Below are positions 9,905 through 18,198 of a DNA stretch of 64,000 nucleotides, one piece after another (position 1 is the stretch's first letter; every line of letters begins with the position of its first letter). Source of the DNA: Nitrospirota bacterium (GTDB lineage: Bacteria > Nitrospirota > Nitrospiria > 2-01-FULL-66-17). Both the position numbers and the translations under genes were made by a program. Below the pieces are notes generated by a model. That model had not been told where the DNA came from and made no database searches. It saw only the letters and a list, made by a program, of their open reading frames with translations. The stretch is from the NCBI GenBank assembly GCA_049325335.1, contig JBMOMC010000043.1:213852-277851 (forward strand). Direction: 5' to 3'.

Positions 9905-10893
9905 GACGGTGCGCGCCCGGAGCGGCTTACGGAGGCCGTCAGAACGCGCCGCGCCGCCGCCATATCCTCAGGCAGCGGGGCGGTAAATACCATCGGGCGT
10001 CCGTTGATGGGATGAAGGAATCCCAACTGTTGGGCGTGCAACAGTTGTCGGTTTGCGAGCACGTCCGGCGGCGGGACCGCTCGGCGGCCCCCGTAGATCG
10101 GGTCCCCCAGCACGGGATACCCCAGGTGCGCCATGTGGACGCGGATCTGGTGCGTGCGCCCGGTCTCCAGCGTGACCGAGACTAGGGTCGCGCGCCCGAA
10201 CCGCTCCAGCACGTCGTAATGGCTCACAGCGGTTCGTGGGGTGGTGGTGCGGGCCGAGATCTTTTTGCGTTCCCACACGTCACGGCCGATGGCCAGATCG
10301 ATGGTCCCCTTGCGCGGCCGCACGTCGCCTGCCACGATCGCCAGATACCGCCTCGTAATACTGTGCGTTTTGAATTGACGCATGAGCCCCGTATGCGCGG
10401 CGTCGTGTTTGGCCGCCACCAGCAGCCCGGAGGTGTCCTTGTCCAGCCGATGCACGATCCCGGGGCGCGCTTTCCCTCCGATCCCGGCCAGGTCGCGGCA
10501 ATGGTGCAACAGCGCGTTCACCAAGGTGCCGGATGCGTGCCCCGGCGCGGGGTGTACGACCAAGCCGGCGGGTTTGTTTAGGATCAGCAGATCCTCGTCC
10601 TCGTAGACGACCTCGATCGGAATGGGTTCGGCGCTGATCTCCACCGGCTGCGGCGGCGGGTGATGGATGACGATGTGGTCGCCGGGCCGAATGAGGTAGG
10701 ACGCCTTGGTGGGACGGCCGTTGACCGAGATCAGGCCGTCGTCAATGCCGCGTTGGATGCGCGAGCGCGACAACGGCATGCCCTGCCGCGTGAGAAACCG
10801 GTCGATGCGTTCCGAGGTTTCGCCTCCGGAGACGACGATTTCGGTGACGGCGTCTGCGGACTCGCGAGCATGCCCGTCGGCGTGAACCCTCAT
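9901..10893 (-). CDS. rluD: RluA-family pseudouridine synthase (RluD-like)
   Basis: N-terminal S4 domain, NKPAG, HRLDKDTSG, GRTHQIRVH. Confidence 0.9.
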   Translation of the reverse strand: MRVHADGHARESADAVTEIVVSGGETSERIDRFLTRQGMPLSRSRIQRGIDDGLISVNGRPTKASYLIRPGDHIVIHHPPPQPVEISAEPIPIEVVYEDEDLLILNKPAGLVVHPAPGHASGTLVNALLHHCRDLAGIGGKARPGIVHRLDKDTSGLLVAAKHDAAHTGLMRQFKTHSITRRYLAIVAGDVRPRKGTIDLAIGRDVWERKKISARTTTPRTAVSHYDVLERFGRATLVSVTLETGRTHQIRVHMAHLGYPVLGDPIYGGRRAVPPPDVLANRQLLHAQQLGFLHPINGRPMVFTAPLPEDMAAARRVLTASVSRSGRAPS

Positions 10894-10930
10894 GGTTTAG
10901 GGTCCTGCTGGAGTATCCCTGGCCAGGCGC

Positions 10931-11464
10931 CTAGGGACGGGCGGTTTCCCGCGCGTCGGGCTGGCGGTGAAACACCGCATGGCCCAACAGCATCACCATG
11001 CCCACGGTGATACCCGAGTCCGCGATGTTGAACACCGGCCAGTGGTACTGGCCGGCGTACAGGTCGATGAAATCGATCACTTCGCCGTACCGGATGCGAT
11101 CGATCAGGTTGCCGATCGCGCCGCCAAGGATCAGGGACAGCGAAGTCACGCTCCACCAGTCGCCGCGCTCCACCCGACGGAGAAAGATGCTGATGAGGAC
11201 CAGCGCTATGACCGACACGATCAGAAAGAACCACGTCCGAAACGAGGGGTGCGCGTCCGCGAACAAGCTGAACGCGGCGCCGGGGTTGCGGGTGTAGGTG
11301 AGATTGATCGACGGGATGATCGGGATCGATTCGTGCAGCGTCATGGCGCGTTGAACCGCGGATTTGGTCGCTTGGTCCGCAAGCACGATCACCGCGGCGA
11401 TCCCGGACGCCCACACGCCGGGTCGCCACGGGCGGGCGGCGGGGGAGAATTCGTGGCCGCTCAT
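10931..11464 (-). CDS. lspA: Lipoprotein signal peptidase II
   Basis: DQATK, NPGAAFS, GAIGNLIDR, VIDFID, FNIADS; ATGA overlap with ileS stop. Confidence 0.95.
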   Translation of the reverse strand: MSGHEFSPAARPWRPGVWASGIAAVIVLADQATKSAVQRAMTLHESIPIIPSINLTYTRNPGAAFSLFADAHPSFRTWFFLIVSVIALVLISIFLRRVERGDWWSVTSLSLILGGAIGNLIDRIRYGEVIDFIDLYAGQYHWPVFNIADSGITVGMVMLLGHAVFHRQPDARETARP

Positions 11465-14340
11465 ACGCCGGCGAGCACGCCCGCGCAGCGCCCGCACACG
11501 TCCGCGCGTCGCGGGTCCGCGCCGACGTCCGTGCGGTACGCCCAGCACCGCGCGCATTTGACGCCGGGCGCGCGCTCGACCACGACCGCCAGGTCCGGCG
11601 CGAGCGCCTCGGCATGACCGGGCCGGTGATCGAACCCGTCGAGCGCAACATCGGACACGATCAACAGCGACGGCAGCGCGTCGCGGTCTTTCGCGAGCGC
11701 ATCGCGCAGAGCGCCCGCGGCATACAATGCCACGCGGGCGTCCAGCGACGCCCCGATAATTTTGGCCGCCCGAGCACGTTCCAAGGCCTTGGCGACATGC
11801 GAGCGGGCCTCGAACAAACGCTCCCAGTGGGCCGCGACGTCCGCGGGCAGCTCCCAGGTTCCCGACGGCGTGGGGAACTCGCTCAGGTGCACGTTTGTCG
11901 TGGTTCGCGAACCTTCGGGCAGGTGGGTCCAGATGTCTTCCGCGGTGAACGAGAGGATCGGCGCCATCAGGCGGACGAGCGCGGACAGGATCGACTCCAA
12001 CGTTGTTTGCGCGGCGCGCCGAGCCGGGCCGGTTTTCGCCTCGGTGTAGAGCCGGTCTTTGATAATGTCGAGGTACATCGCGCTCAAATCCACGGCGCAG
12101 AAGTTGTTCGCGGCGTGAAACACGGTATGGAACTCATAGGCGTCGTACGCGTCTCGCACGCGCGTGACCAGGGCCGCGAGCCGGTGCAAGGCCCACCGAT
12201 CGATCGGATACAGGCGGTCGATCGGCACGGCGTCGTGTCGCGGGTCAAAATCCTCCACGTTGGCGAGCAGAAAGCGTGACGTGTTGCGGATTTTGCGGTA
12301 CGCCTCCACGAGCTGGCTCATGATCGCGGGCGAAATCCGAACATCGTCCCGGTAATCCTCGGCCGCCACCCACAACCGCAGCAATTCCGCGCCGTGTTGT
12401 TTGATGATTTCCTGGGGCGCCATGACGTTGCCCGCGGACTTGGACATCTTCTTGCCTTGGCCGTCCACCACGAATCCGTGGGTCAGCACCGTGTCGTAGG
12501 GCGCGCGGGGATCCGTGAGCAATGAGGACAGGAGCGTGCTGTGAAACCACCCGCGGTGCTGATCCGACCCTTCCAAGTACAACGCTGCGGGCCACGCCAG
12601 CTCCGGCCGGCGTTTGAGCACGGCGGCGTGGCTGACGCCCGATTCGAACCACACGTCCAGGATATCGCGTTCTTGGTGGAAGCGATGACCGCCGCATTTG
12701 ACACAGGTTGTTCCGGTGGGTAACAGCTCGTCCGAGGACTTTGAAAACCATAGATCGCTACCCTCGCCACGCTCCATGAGCTCCGCCACGTGATCTGCAA
12801 TCGGTTTGCTGGTCAGTGACGCGCCGCAGTCCTGGCACGCAAACGCCACGATGGGCACGCCCCACACGCGCTGCCGGGAAATGCACCAGTCGGGCCGATT
12901 CGTCATCATGCCCACGATGCGCTCGCGCCCCCAACGGGGCACCCAGGTGACGCGGTCGATTTCTTCCAGCGCCCGTTCTCGCAAGGTCTGGCCGCCACTG
13001 ATCGGCTGATCCATGGCGATGAACCATTGCTCGGTTGCGCGAAAGATCACCGGGTTCTTACAGCGCCAACAGTGGGGATACGAGTGTCCGATCGTGGAGG
13101 CGTGCACGAGACGTTCGCGAGACCGGAGCAGTTCGATGATCGCGAGGTTGGCGTCCAGGACGCGCTGGCCCGCGAACGGCCCCGCGTCGTTGGTGAAGCG
13201 ACCCCGGTTGTCCACGGGCGCGTACACGTCCAACCCGTATTCCATGCCGACCACGTAGTCCTCTTGCCCGTGGCCGGGAGCGGTATGGACGCACCCCGTG
13301 CCTTGCTCGAGCGTGACGTGCGTGCCGAGGACGATGGGCGAAGGTTGATCGAGCCACGGGTGGCTGAACGTCCATCCCTTGAGCGCGGCGCCCTTGAACT
13401 TGGCCACCTTGGTGATGTTCGGCCGCGTGTCGAGCCCGGTTTGCTTGGTAAAGGTCGAGTACAGATCCTGCGCTACGATGAAGGCTTCGCGTCCCGCGAT
13501 GCAGATCACGTACTCAAAGTCCGGATGCACACACACGGCTTTGTTGGCAACCAAAGTCCACGGCGTGGTGGTCCAGATAATGATGGATAGGTCTTTCCCG
13601 TGGAGCGCCTGTGCCGTAGCCGGTTGAGCGACGCCGAATGCCGTCAACAGGTCGGAGAGACGCTCGGCGTCACGTCCCCGCAATGGGAACTTCACGTAGA
13701 TCGACGGCGAGGTGTGGTCCGCGTATTCGACCTCGGCTTCGGCGAGCGCGGTCTCGTCTTGCGGGCACCACAGCACGGGTTTCTTCCCCTTGTAGAGCGC
13801 GCCGGTGTCCACGATTTTCCCGAATTCGCGAACGATGGCGGCTTCGTAATCCGGGGTCATGGTCAGGTAGGGGCGGCTCCAATCGCCCAACCCGCCGAGG
13901 CGCTTGAACTCCTCGCGTTGGATGTCCACGAACCGCTCCGCGTACTCGCGGCAGCGCCGACGGATTTCCAGCACGCTCATACCCGCCTTCTTGGGGCCGA
14001 GATCCTTGAGCACCTGGTGTTCGATCGGCAGGCCGTGGCAGTCCCACCCCGGGATGTATGGCGCGTCGTCGCCGCGCATGGTGCGATACTTGACGATCAT
14101 GTCCTTGAGGATCTTGTTGAGCGCGTGGCCGATGTGGATGTGGCCGTTCGCATAGGGCGGACCGTCGTGGAGGATGAATTTCGGCGCGCCGTGCCGTTTC
14201 GCGCGCAGCGACGCGTAGAGCTCGTCGGTCTCCCAACGCGCGAGGAGCGCGGGCTCCTGCCGCGCCAAGTCAGCCTTCATGGGAAACGACGTGGTCGGCA
14301 GATTGAGCGTGTCGCGGTAGGTCTTGGATGAATCGGCCAT
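11461..14340 (-). CDS. ileS: Isoleucine--tRNA ligase
   Basis: DGPPYANGHIHIGH, GWDCHGLP, WTTTPWT, KMSKS, C-terminal CARC/CGRC Zn finger. Confidence 0.97.
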   Translation of the reverse strand: MADSSKTYRDTLNLPTTSFPMKADLARQEPALLARWETDELYASLRAKRHGAPKFILHDGPPYANGHIHIGHALNKILKDMIVKYRTMRGDDAPYIPGWDCHGLPIEHQVLKDLGPKKAGMSVLEIRRRCREYAERFVDIQREEFKRLGGLGDWSRPYLTMTPDYEAAIVREFGKIVDTGALYKGKKPVLWCPQDETALAEAEVEYADHTSPSIYVKFPLRGRDAERLSDLLTAFGVAQPATAQALHGKDLSIIIWTTTPWTLVANKAVCVHPDFEYVICIAGREAFIVAQDLYSTFTKQTGLDTRPNITKVAKFKGAALKGWTFSHPWLDQPSPIVLGTHVTLEQGTGCVHTAPGHGQEDYVVGMEYGLDVYAPVDNRGRFTNDAGPFAGQRVLDANLAIIELLRSRERLVHASTIGHSYPHCWRCKNPVIFRATEQWFIAMDQPISGGQTLRERALEEIDRVTWVPRWGRERIVGMMTNRPDWCISRQRVWGVPIVAFACQDCGASLTSKPIADHVAELMERGEGSDLWFSKSSDELLPTGTTCVKCGGHRFHQERDILDVWFESGVSHAAVLKRRPELAWPAALYLEGSDQHRGWFHSTLLSSLLTDPRAPYDTVLTHGFVVDGQGKKMSKSAGNVMAPQEIIKQHGAELLRLWVAAEDYRDDVRISPAIMSQLVEAYRKIRNTSRFLLANVEDFDPRHDAVPIDRLYPIDRWALHRLAALVTRVRDAYDAYEFHTVFHAANNFCAVDLSAMYLDIIKDRLYTEAKTGPARRAAQTTLESILSALVRLMAPILSFTAEDIWTHLPEGSRTTTNVHLSEFPTPSGTWELPADVAAHWERLFEARSHVAKALERARAAKIIGASLDARVALYAAGALRDALAKDRDALPSLLIVSDVALDGFDHRPGHAEALAPDLAVVVERAPGVKCARCWAYRTDVGADPRRADVCGRCAGVLAGV

Positions 14341-14346
14341 TCCGCG

Positions 14347-14376
14347 ATCCTAGCAAGCGCTGCGAAGGCGTGTCAA
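14347..14376 (-). promoter_or_regulatory. Putative promoter for a leaderless ileS mRNA
   Basis: TTGACA-N18-TAGGAT with extended -10 TG; 6 nt between the -10 box and the ileS ATG; no SD. Confidence 0.6.
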
Positions 14377-15113
14377 CGCGAGCCCAGGCGGGCCGACCAC
14401 AGCGGGATGTCGCCGCGCGCGACTAATTGTTGCGCCTCTTGGTAGCGCTCGGGCGTGCCAATATCGATCCAGGTGGCGTCTGAGCGATGCCCCATGAGCG
14501 GCTCGCCGCGCTCCACGATGGCAATGTACTCGTCGGTGATGGGCGAAAAGTGGTCCACCGGGATCGCCGCGAGCACGCGCGGATCGAGCACGTGGAGGCC
14601 GGTGAACATCACGTCCTCCAAGGCCTCGCTGGCGACGCCGCGACCCAGGAAGCGGCGAATCCGGCCCGCGGCATCGACGCCCAACGCGCCATAGGTTGCG
14701 GTGGCCGGGTCGCGCCGCACCGCGAGCGTGGCTAGCGGGCGATGGGCGGCGTGCGTTCGAATCAGGTCATTCGGGTCGAGCGCGGTCAACACGTCGGCGT
14801 TGACGATCAAGAACGGCTCGTCCTTGAAGAACCCCTCCACGCGTTTGAGTCCCCCGCCGGTGCCGAGGATGACGGGTTCCTCCGAATAGGAGATCGTCAT
14901 GCCGAAGCGCTCGCCGGTCCCCAAGGCCTCCTGGATCAACTCGCCCTTGTGGTGCAGGTTGATCATCACGTCGCGAATGCCAGCCGCCGCGACCCATCCG
15001 AGCGTGTACTCGATCATGGGCCGTCCCGCGATGGGGAGCAGGGGTTTGGGCAGCCGGTCGGTCAAGGGACGGAGCCGCGTCCCCAGGCCGGCGGCCAGAA
15101 TCATGGCCTTCAC
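14373..15113 (-). CDS. murU: Nucleotidyltransferase, MurU-like (MurNAc-1-P uridylyltransferase)
   Basis: MILAAGLGTRLRPLT...PKPL, WIDIGTPERY; coupled to an amgK-like kinase. Confidence 0.75.
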   Translation of the reverse strand: MKAMILAAGLGTRLRPLTDRLPKPLLPIAGRPMIEYTLGWVAAAGIRDVMINLHHKGELIQEALGTGERFGMTISYSEEPVILGTGGGLKRVEGFFKDEPFLIVNADVLTALDPNDLIRTHAAHRPLATLAVRRDPATATYGALGVDAAGRIRRFLGRGVASEALEDVMFTGLHVLDPRVLAAIPVDHFSPITDEYIAIVERGEPLMGHRSDATWIDIGTPERYQEAQQLVARGDIPLWSARLGSR

Positions 15114-16204
15114 GTGAACTCGGGGACGTACGGGGCGAGCAGGCCCCGCAACTCCGTCAGGTCCGGGTAGCGATCCAAGACCCGTTTGGCCGAGTGCAGG
15201 GTCGGCGTGACATACGGCAGATGCGTGGGCCGTCCTTTGACCTTTTCGATGTAGATGAACCGGCCCGCGGCTTTGAGGTTACGCTGAAATCCGGTGAGGT
15301 CGAACCGGCGGTGAAACGCCGACGCCTCGGGTCGGGGACCCGGAGCCGAAGCGAGATAATAATCGATCAAGCGCTCGACCATGGCGTGGTCGAGGGTGAC
15401 GTAGGAATCACGCAGCAGCGAGGCCAAGTCATACGTGCACGGGCCCATGAGCGCGTCTTGAAAGTCGATGACGCGAAGCCGATCGCCGGTCACCATGAGG
15501 TTACGGCTGTGGTAGTCGCGGTGGACGAACACCGCGGGCGCGGCGGCCAACTCGTCGGCGACGCGGGCGAACGCCCGACGGATGGCCTCGCGCGGCGCGG
15601 CCGGAACTGCGATGCCGCGGCGGGCTTCCATGCCGTATTCGAGAAAGTGATCGAGTTCCCACGCGAGCAGCGCGCGGTCGAATCGTCGCCCGAACGCCAC
15701 GCAACGGTTGGGCGCGGCGTCCGGGTCCGGCGCTTGGATGCGCGCAAGCTCGTCGATCGCCAGCCGATACAGTGCTTCAACGCGCTCCGGCGCGGCGCCG
15801 CCCAGGGCGTCGAACATGGTGCAGTCGCCCAGATCCTCGAGCACGAGACGACCGGCCACGACATCGTACGCGTGGATCGTGGGCACCGCGACGCCGCGGC
15901 CGTACAGATAGCGCTGGATGTTGAGAAACGGCAGTTCGGTGACGCCCGCGTCGCCGCCGGAGACCGCTTCTTCGGATCGCTTGAACGCTTCGGGTTCGGC
16001 CAACTCCATCAACACCAGGGTGGCCGGATTCGCGTCCGGGGTCAGCCGAATCCTCGCATACGTTCGGTTCGACGCGTCGCCCTTGAGTCGCTCGACCGCG
16101 GTGATCCGACCGGAAAGTCCGCCGATCTTCAGCAACGCGGTCAATTCCTCGATCGACGGGTCGCGACGAGTGGAAGGTGAGGGAGTCTGGGGCGACGTAA
16201 GCAT
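15110..16204 (-). CDS. amgK: Aminoglycoside-phosphotransferase-fold kinase, AmgK-like
   Basis: GDASNRTYAR, LEDLGD, HRDYHSRNL, IDFQDA, YDLASLLRD, QRNLKAAG. Confidence 0.8.
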   Translation of the reverse strand: MLTSPQTPSPSTRRDPSIEELTALLKIGGLSGRITAVERLKGDASNRTYARIRLTPDANPATLVLMELAEPEAFKRSEEAVSGGDAGVTELPFLNIQRYLYGRGVAVPTIHAYDVVAGRLVLEDLGDCTMFDALGGAAPERVEALYRLAIDELARIQAPDPDAAPNRCVAFGRRFDRALLAWELDHFLEYGMEARRGIAVPAAPREAIRRAFARVADELAAAPAVFVHRDYHSRNLMVTGDRLRVIDFQDALMGPCTYDLASLLRDSYVTLDHAMVERLIDYYLASAPGPRPEASAFHRRFDLTGFQRNLKAAGRFIYIEKVKGRPTHLPYVTPTLHSAKRVLDRYPDLTELRGLLAPYVPEFT

Positions 16205-16413
16205 CAGGACGGGCATTCTGCCATGTGGCTCACCCGGTGTCAAAGTCGTCCCGTCATAACGGGATGATCCGCGTTGAAAGGGACAGTGTTGTGGCATTGG
16301 CGCCACGACTGTGGTGTTTTCCACGCACCGAATTGTCTTTAAAGGGCAAATTCCTAGGGCTCGCCGGAGGCATGTCCTTTGCTTTTAGAGTAGCCACCAC
16401 AGGGAGGAGTGCC

Positions 16414-17319
16414 GTGACCAAGGCCGATGTGTGGCAGCAAACCATTCAACATCCCGTACGGTGCGAAGGCGTGGGCCTCCATTCCGGGCAGCCGGTGGCG
16501 GTATGGCTCCGTCCGGCCGAGCCCAATACCGGGGTTCGGTTCGTGAAGAAGACCCCTGCGGGTGATTCGTGGCTGCAAGCCAGTATTGAGGAAGTCTCGC
16601 AGACGCGACTGGCCACGAGCCTGGGGCAAGGCGGGTCGATCGTGCATACCGTGGAACACCTGCTCGCTGCGATTAGCGGGATGGGCATCGACAATATCGT
16701 CGTGGAATTGAGCGCGTCAGAGATTCCCATCATGGATGGCAGCGCCAAGCCGTTCGTCGAAGCGATCGTCGAGGCCGGGGTCGTTCGGCAGCCCGTGGCG
16801 CGTTCCGTGATGGTGATCACCAGGGCGTTTGAGGTGCGGGACGGCGACGGCTGGATTGCGGCTGAACCGGCTTCGCGGCTGGAGATCCACAATACAGTTG
16901 CTTATGATCACGCCGTGATCGGACGGCAGGAATTCGAGTACCAGGACAATGGACCGACGGCGTTTGCGGTGACACTCGCCCCTGCGAGGACCTTTGGATT
17001 TCTTCGCGACGTCGAGCAGTTGAAGGCGTCGGGGTACATTCTCGGTGGAAGTCTGGACAATGCCGTGGTCGTGGGACCGGCCGGGATTCTGAACCCGGAG
17101 GGCCTCCGATGGCCTGATGAATTCGTACGCCACAAGACACTGGACCTGGTGGGAGACCTGATGCTGCTGGGCACGGCGCTGTGTGGCCGAATTACAGCGT
17201 ATAAAGCGGGCCATCGCTTACACGCCCAATTCATGACCTATCTAATGGCTCATCCCGAATGCCGCCGGATGATCGGGGTGGCGCAAAGGGCATTCGAGCC
17301 GGCTGGAGCCGCATCGTAA
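16414..17319 (+). CDS. lpxC: UDP-3-O-acyl-GlcNAc deacetylase
   Basis: GVGLHSG, TVEHLLAA, PIMDGS, ARTFGF, EFVRHKTLDLVGD, KAGH; GGGAGG RBS. Confidence 0.95.
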   Translation: MTKADVWQQTIQHPVRCEGVGLHSGQPVAVWLRPAEPNTGVRFVKKTPAGDSWLQASIEEVSQTRLATSLGQGGSIVHTVEHLLAAISGMGIDNIVVELSASEIPIMDGSAKPFVEAIVEAGVVRQPVARSVMVITRAFEVRDGDGWIAAEPASRLEIHNTVAYDHAVIGRQEFEYQDNGPTAFAVTLAPARTFGFLRDVEQLKASGYILGGSLDNAVVVGPAGILNPEGLRWPDEFVRHKTLDLVGDLMLLGTALCGRITAYKAGHRLHAQFMTYLMAHPECRRMIGVAQRAFEPAGAAS

Positions 17320-17336
17320 ATACAAAATAGGAGGGC

Positions 17337-17420
17337 GGTCGTCACACTGCCAGCGGTGGTGTGGCGACCACAGAAGTTCGGTCACCGTAGCCCGGGGGCT
17401 CCTCAATCGAGGAGCCCCCG
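17337..17420. terminator. Two stem-loops between lpxC and the convergent micropeptide gene
   Basis: Perfect 12-bp stem CGGGGGCTCCTC-AATC-GAGGAGCCCCCG (17393-17420) and GGTCGTCACAC...GTGTGGCGACC (17337-17369); a T-rich tract follows on the minus strand. Confidence 0.6.
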
Positions 17421-17439
17421 ATCGCCTTAGCACAGCAGC

Positions 17440-17487
17440 TTACTTCTTCTTCGCAGCCTTCTTCTTCGCCGGTTTCTTCGTCGCCAA
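17440..17487 (-). CDS. Lysine-rich 15-aa micropeptide MATKKPAKKKAAKKK
   Basis: TTG start 6 nt after GAAAGGGGGTGA; TAA stop; 8 of 15 residues Lys; followed by hairpins; not in the ORF track. Confidence 0.6.
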   Translation of the reverse strand: MATKKPAKKKAAKKK

Positions 17488-17493
17488 GTGTCA

Positions 17494-18024
17494 TCACCCC
17501 CTTTCGCGATCGCCCTCTACCGGGGCTAGATTTGCTTCAGGTGCCAGTTCAAACGTATTCGGCGCGACTTTCCGGAATCGGGGATCTCTGCGCAGCGAAA
17601 TCGCGATCGACGTGATCGGTGTTTTCGCTCGAATCCTCATGCCCCCTTCGACCAACCGTTGATAGAGCTCCCGCGCGTGCATGGGTGTTCCGGATTCCCT
17701 GAGCAGCAACGCAGCGGCCTGTGGCACGCTCAAGCCAAAGTACTTGGTTTTTCCCAGCAAAATTTCCTGGGATTGATCCGGAACGTCCAGGAGGACGCGC
17801 TGTCGCTCCCGTTCGGCATCAGTTGACGGTGGAGCTCCGGTCCCTGCAACCCGCGCCTTTTCCTGTTCAACACGATAGAGCGTCTCCGCCAGCTCCAGAT
17901 ACTTCTTGATCGTTTTGATGTCTTCTTCTAATCGGTCGCGTTTTTTCTGGAGCTCGTGAAGCTTTGTTTTATAGGCCTTAATGCGTTGGTCAAGGCCACG
18001 GAGGATGTCCTGGAGTTCTTCCAT
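17494..18024 (-). CDS. Coiled-coil + winged-helix putative DNA-binding protein
   Basis: N-terminal ~55 aa heptad/charged coiled coil, flexible linker, C-terminal AALLLRESGTPMHARELYQRL...SIAISLRRDPRFRKVAPNTFEL resembling HARE-HTH/wHTH domains. Confidence 0.75.
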   Translation of the reverse strand: MEELQDILRGLDQRIKAYKTKLHELQKKRDRLEEDIKTIKKYLELAETLYRVEQEKARVAGTGAPPSTDAERERQRVLLDVPDQSQEILLGKTKYFGLSVPQAAALLLRESGTPMHARELYQRLVEGGMRIRAKTPITSIAISLRRDPRFRKVAPNTFELAPEANLAPVEGDRERG

Positions 18025-18086
18025 AATTCATAACCTGTATCATAGCGTCATATGCGAGCATGCAATCAACTGTAGCATGCACAAAC

Positions 18087-18116
18087 AACATAGCACTCAG
18101 TATTGCTTGCTGTCAA
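18087..18116 (-). promoter_or_regulatory. Putative sigma70 promoter for the 18024 gene
   Basis: TTGACA-N18-TATGTT with extended -10 TG in an AT-rich intergenic region. Confidence 0.55.
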
Positions 18117-18198
18117 GAAAAAATATTGTGGGATGTAAGTGACCAAATGTCTTGTGCTATAACCTCATACAAATGATTCCGTGACGCGTCGAGGGAAT

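Noticed and set aside
17342..17494. Alternative acidic ORF MTLGDEETGEEEGC... from the TGATG overlap
   Set aside because: The SD would abut this ATG and the frame runs through both hairpins; the TTG Lys-rich frame has proper SD spacing. Not fully excluded
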